DNA from: Azolla caroliniana
Taxonomy: Eukaryota > Plantae > Polypodiophyta
DNA: 64,000 nucleotides
Assembly: GCA_043228905.1 (NCBI GenBank)
Contig: JBHGNT010000053.1
Location: 1-64,000, forward strand
Direction of reading: 5' to 3'
The notes under the pieces are model-generated. The model was given only the letters and a program-made list of their open reading frames with translations, did not search any database and was not told the DNA's origin. The position numbers and the translations under genes were made by a program. Positions 49,175-64,000 of the stretch are shown here, piece after piece. How positions within the stretch are numbered: the first letter of the stretch is position 1; every line of letters begins with the position of its first letter.

Positions 49175-50027
49175 CATAAGTGGGGTTTCTTTCAAATTTA
49201 TGCAATAGTTTGAGCTTATACCGTTTACACACCTACTTTGTCTTATAAATGGCTACAGAAAAGTAATGAATCTTAAAAAATCCTCTAGGTTTCTTACGAA
49301 GCCAAATCAGCATCCTTGGCTAGGCCTAAAGAGTTTTTCCATCTGGCTGTAACTCCTTTATTTCACATCCATGTCATTCATTGCTCTTTTTAGTAATTTC
49401 CCAACTAAGTTAAACTAAATCAAACATACCATACCATACCAAATTAAACCAAATCAAACATACTATAGCATACCAAACCAAATTAAACTAAATCAAACAT
49501 ACCATACCATAGCAAATTAAACCAAATCAAACATACTATAGCATACCATACCAAATTAAACTAAATCAAACATACCATACCATACCATAGCAAATTAAAC
49601 CAAATCAAACATACTATAGCATACCATACAACTAAATCAAACATACCATACCATAGCAAATTAAACCAAATCAAACATACTATAGCATACCATACAACTA
49701 AATCAAACATACCATACCATACCAACTTAAACCAAATCAAACATACTATAGCATACCAAACCAAATTAAACTAAATCAAACATACCATACCATAAGTGGG
49801 GTTTCTTTCAAATTTATGCAATAGTTTGAGCTTATACCGTTTACACACCTACTTTGTCTTATAAATGGCTACAGAAAAGTAATGAATCTTAAAAAATCCT
49901 CTAGGTTTCTTACGAAGCCAAATCAGCATCCTTGGCTAGGCCTAAAGAGTTTTTCCATCTGGCTGTAACTCCTTTATTTCACATCCATGTCATTCATTGC
50001 TCTTTTTAGTAATTTCCCGACTAAGTT
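49175..50027 (+). repeat. 237-bp direct repeats (49175-49411, 49791-50027) flanking a 379-bp satellite insert (49412-49790)
   Basis: The two copies differ at one visible base (CCCAACT vs CCCGACT); the insert is the same satellite as 56960-57793. Confidence 0.93.
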
Positions 50028-50455
50028 GAATCTGCTTTAACCTCTTTATGTAAATGCCATTTCTCCTTATCATCATTCATTTGCTCCACCTACAAATAAA
50101 TTTGATATCATTCAGGAACACACGCTCAAATGCAATGAACAAGATGATATAAATCCACGGGGGATCATAGAACTCTTCATATGAGAAATAAAAACAGGCA
50201 ACAAAAAACACATCTTTACTAGTTCAGACAATGGTAGCACATACCCAAGCACTTAACGGTTTCTTACGATGCAATGTATCATACACACACGTGTATGATG
50301 GAACAACCATGTAACTTGATCTTAGTAGAACTTTCTAGGGTTTCCAAATTTCTACCCAAGTGCAAGTGACACATCACTAACAAGCATATACATAAGGTAG
50401 CAATGCACATTCTGCTAATGCATTAAAACGACATTGTTCTGTGAAAATGGAGTAC

Positions 50456-54673
<4,218 letters not shown>

Positions 54674-54675
54674 TT

Positions 54676-54713
54676 TGAAGAAGAAGAAGAAGAAGAAGAA
54701 GAAGAAGAAGAAG
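54676..54713. repeat. (GAA)n microsatellite in the ADSL 5' leader
   Basis: Direct reading. Confidence 0.9.
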
Positions 54714-55079
54714 ACAGTGTGTGTGTCTGTGTCTCTGTCTATGTTTGCTGTTGAGTGAAGAAGAAGAAGAAGTAGATGGTTTTGTGAAAGTTTTTGAGTG
54801 TTTGGAAATGGATATTTGAAATTTTAAAATGTTCTCTCTAGCAAGTATTGGATCATTGATCTACTTTGGACGCAACTTGCCAAGCAAAGCAACAACGTGG
54901 ACGACAACCTCAGTTATGTGCAAGAGAGAGATTACATTTTCAAATGGATCTCCTGCCCCACGACCATTTATCTTGATACTTCAATATCAATGGATGTTGG
55001 AAATGTGTGATCAATTTTCGTAAAACAACTTTTGGGCAATCGTCTCCACATTTTAAAGAGATCAAATTGAGTTGCCATT

Positions 55080-55400
55080 ATGTGTTGTCCTTGCCCCAAA
55101 CCTCATTATGAGGGGTCAAATCATGAACAAAGTGCATTAGGAACTTGCTTGAATTTCATATTCACAAGGATGTCTAAGGTGGGGCCAAATGGCATAGTCA
55201 TTGATAAGTGTTGGGCATCGTATAATGTTATATTTAATGTGGTTGCAAGAGACCGTCAATGTTTGATTGTTGCAAATGGGCATGGCTCGCAAACACATTA
55301 TCGCCATTTGTTGTGTCAGTTCCACGCAAAAAAAAATCATGGGGTCCCACTTGTTGCCCAAAATAAGTGTTGGCGAGAGAAACCGCCTTTTATCAATGGA
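55080..55400 (+). mobile_element. Mutator-like (MULE) transposase fragment
   Basis: PNGIVIDK...HLLCQFHAKK matches the MULE second-Asp plus CxxH pattern. Confidence 0.5.
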
Positions 55401-55507
55401 TGTGTCTGATGCTAGTGCGGGTTTCACTATCAAGTACACTACCTTGAGACAAATAATGAACTGATCTAATGCTGATCTTGTGCATGTCTTAATCAAGGAT
55501 AGTGAAA

Positions 55508-57821
55508 CCCGCACTAGCATCAGAGGGATCGTCATAATATAGTACATGCAATGACAAAAAATATTCAAAATGTTTTTGGTCTTTAACTTTGGAGATTTTG
55601 GTCTCCAAAATCAAACCTTAGAAACTTTTTGTGGTTGGCAATGTGTGGAATTTGAAGTTTTAAGTATTTTCAAAACACGTTTTTAGTTTTTTTGTGGTTG
55701 AAATTTATATTAATTGTTATTTTGGTAGTGGAAATTTTAATGTTTTGATGACAAAGGTTGTCAGAATCGGGCTATGGGAAACTCCCGTACTCTTTTAGAT
55801 AAAGATCTAATAGTGCAAATTGCACTTGGCCTCTGAAATGCGCCCTACACCGTTGTGACCGTGATTCCCTCACCAAGCCTTATTATCAGTTGGATGCAAA
55901 TAAACACCAGCCTTCTACATACAAACATACATATACTTTATGAGCCCGCCGAATCCCACGAAAACTAGAGATTGTGAGTTACATACATATGTAGAAACCT
56001 CTAATTGTGTCATGTGGCCAAAAGACCCTTTTGCTCATCCAACAAGTGAACGGTGTTCCCATTAGTCGGTCCTATGAAAGAGTTGCGAGTAATTTCACAA
56101 GTTTTCTCACTCTTTCTCTATATGTGTGCATGTGCATGCATGTGTGGATGCATGTCTGTCTCAGGGTATGTTAGGGTTTTTATGTAGTTTTTATGCCAAG
56201 GGTTTTGTTTATGATGAAACTAGGTGTCGCGTCGTGACATATCTGGATGATCGTGATGGCCACATACACAGAAGCATTAATTAGATGTTTTTGATCCTTG
56301 CCCCGATGACACAATGACTCACCTTTGTTTGTTTACACAGTACATTGTCATATAACAATTATCCCCATATTTGCAATCCTATTCTAAAAGCGTGAACATC
56401 ATGGTTGGTTTTGACACATTGAATCCTTTCTTCTTCTTCTTTTTAATAACAAGCTCCTCCCCCTTCTTCGCAATGTGTTGTTTAATTAGCAAACGATTAG
56501 CACACATGTGGTTAGGCCGCCATAAAACTCTGCATGGTTTACAATTGTTTTTATTACGATCTTCGAAGGATTTATTTGAATGTATTCCTTTGTCTTTACA
56601 CATATAGATTGTTCACCTTTCATGTTGGCAATGCGCAAACAAAAGAGAGGTATTTGGCTTGACTCAGAGTCACATGGAAGTTCGAGAAACATGTCTTTCA
56701 CATAGCGAATTCTTGTGGTATTGAATTGAAGGTATTGCCAACCCAATCCAACCAGCCCGTATCCTACCGAATTGAACCATATCATAGTGAATTAAGCCTA
56801 ATTAAACCAAACCATACTAAATTAAACCAAATCAATCCAATTCAACCAACCCAATACGAATTCTTGTGGTATTGAATTGAAGGTGTTGCCAACCCAATCC
56901 AACCAACCCAATATCCTACCAAATTGAACCATATCATAGTGAATTAAGCATAATTAAACCATATCATACCAAATCAAACATACTATACCATACCATACCA
57001 AATTAAACCAAATCAAACATACTATAGCATACCAAACCAAATTAAACTAAATCAAACATACCATACCATACCAAATTAAACCAAATCAAACATACTATAG
57101 CATACCAAACCAAATTAAACTAAATCAAACATACCATACCATACCAAATTAAACCAAATCAAACATACTATAGCATACCAAACCAAATTAATCTAAATCA
57201 AACATACCATACCATACCAAACCAAATTAAACTAAATCAAACATACCATACCATACCAAATTAAACCAAATCAAACATACTATAGCATACCAAACCAAAT
57301 TAAACTAAATCAAACATACCATACCATACCAAATTAAACTAAATCAAACATACCATACCATACCAAATTAAACTAAATCAAATATACCATACCATAGCAA
57401 ATTAAACCAAATCAAACATACTATAGCATACCATACCAAATTAAACTAAATCAAACATACCATACCATACCATAGCAAATTAAACCAAATCAAACATACT
57501 ATAGCATACCATACAACTAAATCAAACATACCATAGCATACCATACAACTAAATCAAACATACCATACCATACCAACTTAAACCAAATCAAACATACTAT
57601 AGCATACCAAACCAAATTAAACTAAATCAAACATACCATACCATACCAAATTAAACCAAATCAAACATACTATAGCATACCAAACCAAATTAAATTAAAT
57701 CAAACATACCATACCATACCAAATTAAACTAAATCAAACATACCATACCATACCAAATTAAACCAAATCAAACATACCATACCATACCAAATTATGACGA
57801 TCCCTCTGATGCTAGTGCGGG
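55508..57821. mobile_element. Non-autonomous TIR element with 31-bp perfect TIRs (CCCGCACTAGCATCAGAGGGATCGTCATAAT), carrying a satellite
   Basis: 55508-55538 is the exact reverse complement of 57791-57821. No coding ORF inside; no clean TSD (AA left, TA right). Confidence 0.7.
56960..57793. repeat. Satellite of ~34-39-bp units built from 5-mers (AAACC AAATC AAACA TACCA TACCA ...)
   Basis: Direct reading; preceded by a ~150-bp duplication (about 56706-56960). Confidence 0.95.
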
Positions 57822-58790
57822 TAAGATAAGGATTTTAGTATTTCTCTTAAGGCTATTGAGGGCTAAGAGAAGGTGGTATGGGGGTTTAACATACTTAATT
57901 TTAGTGTTTAGTAGTTGTTCTTGTAGGATACTATTGTATTTTTCAATAAGGGTTTCTAAGGGAAGGTATTTAGATGGAGGGTTCCAGCTGGGGTTAGGTA
58001 ATTTGAAGGGATTCGGTGGGGTAGTATCATTATTTTTAAAGAAGTGTCTAAGGCGTAGTGATCTACTAAGGTTGGTATATTCTTTAAGGATATTTTGAGG
58101 GGAGGGTGGGGGGGGGGGGGAAGGGGGGGGTGTATTTTAGTCCTAAGTTTAATAATTGTGTTTCGTTTTTACTAAGTGTGTAAGCGGACAAGTTATGTAG
58201 ACTAAGACTAGTACGAGGGGTATAAGCTAAAGGTTTCCAAAATTTAGTCCTAGGTCTATTCCTGCGGGTTTTCTTAGAGGTAGGGTAAAACATGAATTTT
58301 TTATTATTAGTATTCCCCAACCACATAAAAGTGTCAGGGGTTGAGGTTTGTCTATTGAGAAGGTAGAAGATTCGTTTTCTAGGATGTATGGCGTGTCTAA
58401 AGTGTCTATTCACACGTTTAGCACACCGTGTTAGACGTATTTTGGTCGGGCTATGGGAGGGTTTGAGGAGGGGGTATGTGAATGATTTTGAGTATTATGG
58501 TGTCTATTATGAGGCCTATGATTTATGTGGGGATATGATGTAGTAATATTTTTTGGAGGGGGAGGGGTAGTGTTAACATTATTAAAAGGATAGGGCGTGG
58601 TATTAATTTTTGGAGGGGGGAGGGTATTATGTATTAAGAAAGAAGGGGGAGGGTTAATAGAGGAATTAGAGAAATATGGGGGAGGGATAATAGAGGAAGT
58701 AGGGGGAAGGGTATGAGTAAAATGCGGGGGAGGAGTATACGAAAAATTAGTGTAAATAGGTGGAGGGGAATATGTGTAATTTGAAGAAAC
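57822..58790 (-). mobile_element. Penelope-like element ORF N-terminal fragment
   Basis: HNLSAYTLSKNETQLLNLGLKYTP, then after a frameshift near the G-runs RSLRLRHFF..PFK.PNPSWNPP..LNSLKRNTKILILPA; these are the PLE pre-RT motifs that normally lead into PADKG. Confidence 0.7.
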
Positions 58791-59322
58791 GAAAGAGATG
58801 GAGATCCCATTAGATAATCGACTGTGCTTGCACCCCCTTTTGGGTTCCAACATGTCAAAGCATCTTATCCAGGCCATTGTGACAAGCCATTATATATCAC
58901 AAGTCCATGCGCGCTTCCCAAGGCTAGAAAGTGTTTTCCATATTCAATTATAGCACTCATATCTTGAACTTTTCTCTTTAGACCAACCTCTTCTGCCATA
59001 GCTTCTCCATAGCCAGCCTCGTCGGTGTTAAATATAGTTGTTTGTTCATCCTTGGTTCGTGCATTAAAATCTCCTAATAGTATTATATCCCCCATAGTAG
59101 CAAATCTTATGATATCATCATATAGTGTTCGATATGGTGATTCACCTAGAGGTGCAAACCTTGAATAGGCAGGTGGAAAGTAGCAAATTGCAATATATAG
59201 CTCCCTAAGATCCCCTCTTTTTATGCATATCCACATGTAGCGTGCATCCACATCCTTATGTACAACATGCACTCTACCATGGAGCTCCTCTTTGTATAGC
59301 ATAGCCACTCCTCCCGAACCTC
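58791..59322 (-). mobile_element. LINE apurinic-endonuclease (APE) domain fragment
   Basis: RGSGGVAMLYK..ICYFPP..IILLGDFNART..TC..STVDY. Confidence 0.8.
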
Positions 59323-59612
59323 TAGTGCTTCCTCATTTCTTCCTTTAGTGCTATTTCAATATCTTCTCTAATAAGGTTGATCTCTTGCGCAATCAAATGG
59401 CGTAAAAGATCATGTTTCCCATTTTCGACATCGAATGGAATGTCGGATGGGGCCCGCATTCTAGGTTCCTTATGCGCCCTTCTGACGCTATTCAGGTCCC
59501 GTCCTTTTCGTCTATGATATCTTCTTGTGGTCTTCAATAGATTTGGACCCTCGTCATGCGTGTTAAGATCCATCTTTTCAGTGTCTGTCCCTTCGGACTC
59601 TATGGTGTCAGA

Positions 59613-59826
59613 TGTTGAGGGCAGAAAGAATAGAAATTACTACGGGGCAGAAAGAATACAGGAACAGAGTTGGCAGAAGATACAGGAAATCAAATTTGGA
59701 AGAGAACGCACAAGATCAGGCATTGCAGAAAACACAGAGGACAGACATTTCAAAAAAGACAGACAGAGTCAGAACCCTAAACGCAAACCCAAAACCCTAA
59801 ACGCAGAGCATAAACCCTACACTCGG

Positions 59827-59873
<47 letters not shown>

Positions 59874-60170
59874 GCCGAAGAGGATGTTGTCTCTGTTGTA
59901 ACCGCCACCTGTGGCGAAGACAGTGAACAAGAGGTCGTTGCCTCTGTGTTCATCTATTGTATATTGTAATATAGTGATAGTTTGCAGTCTGTGGACTGCC
60001 GTGGTTTTTCCCGCGTTTGGGTTTTCCACGTAAACATCCTATGTGCTCTTCTCTTTACTGTGTCGTGCATACATTACCCATTTTTCTGTGTTTGATCCTA
60101 GACTCGGTTGTGGCCGAGCGTTGTTTTCGGGAGCGTGTAGTCCTTACATTGTTCTAGGTAGAGACATCAA
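59613..60170. mobile_element. Possible LTR remnant containing a (GA)n tract
   Basis: Begins TGTTGAG and contains GGGTTTTCCACGTAAA; right boundary and TSD not resolved. Confidence 0.35.
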
Positions 60171-60224
60171 TGTGGGTAGCATAGTTTTCTTCACAGGTAT
60201 AAAAATATTTTGCTTCTCATACAG

Positions 60225-63200
60225 GTTAGTGTCAAGGTTACTCTACTCAACTTTTTTGTTACACAAGAAGGACTTGAAGAGCAACTTCTAGGACAGGTTG
60301 TGACAAAAGAACGACCAGATCTTGCTGAAATGAAGAATCATCTAACTATTTCCAATGCAAATATGAAACGGGAACTTAAAGAGATTGAGTCACAAATTCT
60401 TCATCTTTTGTCAAAAGCACAAGTTAGTGTCCTCTAAAAATCTGTGACAGGCTTTTCAGTTATTCAATTTTTTAATATTTAATAAGTAATCTATTGATAG
60501 CATGATAATGAAATTTCATATCTATGCATAATTATTTTCAGGGAAACATTCTGGATGATGAAGTCCTTATCAATACTCTTGCTCAGTCAAAGGTAACATC
60601 AAATGTTATCAAAATAAAGGTTGCAGAAGCTGAGAAAACAGAAATAGCCATTGATGAAACAAGAGAGGCATGTATTATTGCTCAATATTATGCTCTAAAT
60701 GGAATCCCAAAATTGTTAGCGCTGATGAAATCTATCTGTTTTTGTCTTACAGGGTTACCGTAAAGTCGCAACAAGAGCATCACAATTGTTCTTTTGTATA
60801 TCAGATTTGGTTTCTGTTGATCCCATGTATCAATATAGCCTAACTTGGTTCATATCATTGTTCAATCGAGCTATGGATGGTGCTACGCAAGCATCAATAA
60901 TAGAGAAGAGAGTGCAAAATTTAAATGAGTATTTTACATATTTGCTTTATGTGAATGTGTGCCGGTCGCTCTTTGAAAAGCATAAGTTGATGTTCTCTCT
61001 AATGCTATGTATCAAGATTTTACAGGTTTGAGCATCTCCTATATTTCCACTACTGTCTATGTGTCTTTTCCCAGAACCTATTTTGCTTCATGTTGAAAAT
61101 GGGAATTGTAAAGAAAGATATATTAATAACTATTTCCCAATCTTACTGAGACACCATAGGATAAAATGCTTTCATGGGGGCAAACATGCAACACAGGCCA
61201 TTTTTTCCATGTTAAGTAGCTTGAGAGTTCTAGATTTCAAGCTGTAGAATCAGGCACCCTTTTCATACTATACCTATGTAATCCGTTTTTACTTAGACCA
61301 TTGCCGTCATTCCAGTGTTAATTTCCTAGCTGTAGGAAGATATTTTCCAAAGTTTTGAGTTTATTTCAAATCTTTTCCATTTTCCCAGTGTAATAACAGC
61401 TTTGTAGTCAATGTTTGGTGTTCTAATTAGATTGAGGATGTTGGTGGTACTAGCAACCACATGCTCTACTAGTGAAATAGTCAAAATGAGACAATAGTAT
61501 TAGATAAAATTTCTGGATTGGACTCAAAAGGCCATTTTGGCATTGTAAAAAACTTTAATAAAAGCTTGCTTTCTTTCTTTCCATCCTCACTCCATAGATG
61601 TAACTGATTGCTGTAAAGAACCTAACTCTCGTAGAGTGCGTAGTGTGTGTGTGAGAGTGGGTGTGTGAGCAAGAGAAGGAATCAGAGAAAATAAGCATAA
61701 ATAATCAAATACACAATAGGGGGATGACAGCTTATGCACTGAAGAGAAAACTATATTAATCAACTAAAGATCAACTAAACACAATGCGTCAAGAGGGTTT
61801 TATATACAAATCCTCAAGTGATTGTTGGGAATCTAATCAAGATATCCACTCGAGTGTCTTATATTCGTGGACCACATTTACACGTGACAACTAACTAGAC
61901 ATCACAATCTAGTTCTTCGTGTAACTACATAGTTCACACAGATTACAATAAAGTGTGTTTTTCTTCATAAGCACATGTTCAGACAAGTTGAGCTTGATTC
62001 TCAAAAATTGCTAATAATTACTGGATTCACTTCATTGTTTGCAATAGATGCAGAAGGCAATGTGACCGCGCCATTGTTTTTTAGCTAATAAGATGCAGCT
62101 TCTTTTTTGATATAGGAAAAGGGATGTGTAGATCCTGTTGAGTGGCGGTTCTTGCTCGCAGGAGCCACATCATCTACAATGTCACAGCCTAACCCTGCTC
62201 CAGAATGGCTGACTGACAAGGTATTTAAGAAATATTGTGATCTTTCTCTTGAACATGTTTGTATGTTTGTTAAGCATCTTACCAGAAGTTTGGTTCTGCA
62301 GTCATGGATTGAGATATTACAGCTTAGCCAGTCAAAGAATCTCAAAGGTTTTGAGCAGCATTTTATTGAAAACATATCACATTATAAAAGGATTTTTGAT
62401 AGCTCAGAAGCTCATCAAGAACCACTTCCAGAAGACTGGAATAACAAATTAAACAAACTGCAAAAATTGCTCATACTTCGGTGTATCCGTGTTGATAAGG
62501 CACTTCTGGGAATACAGGTACTGACTAGCCTTGATTCATTTGTTAATCTTGATTCATTGGTTTAGGTATCCATCAATGGAATGGTTAAGCTACCGAATCT
62601 TCTCTACATATATTTCATACTAATTTGAAAATAATAACCAAATGTTTTCTATAGGATTTTGTATCGGAAAACCTAGGTCAGCGCTTTATCGAGCCACCTG
62701 CATTTGACCTTGCTGGATGTTATAAAGATGGGTCTCCTTCATCACCGCTCATTTTTGTGCTTTCTTCTGGAGCTGATCCCATGGCTGATCTCCTGAAGCT
62801 AGCAGAAGACCTTCGGTTTACTAAGAAATTTGAGAAGGTATTGAATCCATAGAACTCCCTTTGTTTAAAATACATGTTATGGAGAAACTCAGTTTGGGCA
62901 AGCTGGTGGCAGATGATTACAAATATAGAAACCCAGTTCTCTCTTAAAATGCTTACATATCATTGCTTTTTCTGTGTTTTATTCCTAGGTTTCTCTTGGA
63001 CAAGGTCAAGGACCCAAAGCAGAAAAGCTTCTTGAACTAGGGATGGATCGTGGCATGTGGGTATGCCTTCAGAATTGTCACTTGTCACAATCATGGATGC
63101 CTGCTCTTGAGCGTATTGTTGATAACATCGATCCAGAAAAGGTAGTACTATAGAATTCAGATTTTTCTTTGAACCAGATTTGAGAATTTCTTTGTTCTTA

Positions 63201-64000
63201 CTTTTAATATTTCATGTTTATACACTCAGGTGCATAAAGACTTTCGGCTCTGGTTAACCAGCATGCCTAGTCCTGATTTCCCTGTTTCAATTCTTCAAAA
63301 TGGTGTAAAAATGACTTTGGAACCTCCAAAGGGTTTGAAGTCAAACCTAGCGCGGTCATACATGAGATATACTGACAAGGTCCTGAATGACTGTGCCAAA
63401 CCAGATGTATGGAAGAAGTTTTTGTTTGCGACATGTTTATTCCATGCTGTTATTCAAGAAAGAAGGAAATTTGGTGCTTTAGGATGGAATATAAGGTATG
63501 AATTCACAGATGGAGATCTAGCTGTTTGCCAGACTCAAATTCGGATGTTTCTAAACGAATACAACGAAATTCCGTATAAGGTAGTTTCCTACACTATTTA
63601 TCCTGATTCGCCATAGCAAGAGAAATTTTTGTTTTGTCATTGATTGGATGTGTCGATATTCAGGTTATCCGGTTTCTTTGTGGAGAAATCAACTATGGTG
63701 GTCGTGTCACGGATGATAAGGATAGGCGACTTATGAATAATCTGCTTCTCAAGTTTATTATTCCAGAGGTTTTCTACTGTCTCTTATCACACAAGCAAAG
63801 AAATGTCTTTATATAATTAGTCTTACAGACAAAGAAGCAATCTTGACATTCAATTTACTTAACTCTGATGCAGATTATAGTTGAAACAAAACACAGCTTC
63901 AGTGAGTCTGGAGTATATATTATCCCTGATGCAACAAATGTCAATGGATTTGCCGCATACATTAAAGAGCTTCCACTGGCGCCAAAGCCAGAGATATTTG
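60225..64000 (+). CDS. DNAH1: Axonemal inner-arm dynein heavy chain (DNAH1-like), AAA5-AAA6 region; partial
   Basis: Exons 60225-60422, 60542-60667, 60753-61025, 62116-62220, 62302-62517, 62655-62837, 62989-63141, 63230-63580, 63664-63768, 63874->64000, all in frame. Motifs GLEEQLLG..ERPDL, DPMYQYSL, RSLFEKHKL, SLGQGQG, LQNCHL, FRLWLTS, NYGGRVTD. Subfamily assignment is from memory. Confidence 0.88.
61599..61947. mobile_element. Solo LTR in a dynein intron
   Basis: TGTAA...TTACA termini with near-TSD ATAGA (61594-61598) / ATAAA (61948-61952). Confidence 0.6.

Noticed and set aside
49175-50027. TRIM or LTR mini-element
   Set aside because: The direct repeats lack TG...CA ends, PBS, PPT and TSD.
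55512-57817. Canonical plant CACTA element with CACTA...TAGTG ends
   Set aside because: The inverted repeat continues outward (ACCCG/CGGGT) and there is no 3-bp TSD, so CACTA is internal to the TIR.

Overview
Eukaryotic, intron-rich land-plant nuclear DNA. The axonemal dynein and the Tcn1-type chromoviruses point to a plant with flagellated sperm, most plausibly a fern (inference). 1-14.8 kb is a three-level nest of Ty3/Gypsy elements. Two young, apparently intact chromoviruses (A1, A2) are joined LTR-to-LTR by a 4-bp GTAA linker. They sit inside the gag of an older chromovirus (B, minus strand), which sits inside the RT of a non-chromovirus element (C, minus strand). Host genes: an intact 12-exon SF3A3/PRP9 (+, 16311-21103); a 20-exon organellar leucyl-tRNA synthetase with a frameshift and conserved-motif lesions (-, 25656-43736); an open but active-site-altered, apparently 3'-truncated adenylosuccinate lyase (-, 50456-54673); and the AAA5-AAA6 part of an inner-arm axonemal dynein heavy chain with no visible upstream exons (+, 60225 to the window end). 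Most notable findings: (i) Tf1-like self-priming signals that co-vary between two chromovirus families, each with an extra U3/R hairpin; (ii) a tandem junction that keeps both unprocessed cDNA ends; (iii) a -1 frameshift signal at gag/pol; (iv) a minimal Penelope-type hammerhead ribozyme plus a Penelope-like ORF fragment; (v) a satellite-carrying TIR element whose satellite reappears 8 kb away between 237-bp direct repeats. All calls come from manual reading of the sequence; no database searches were run.
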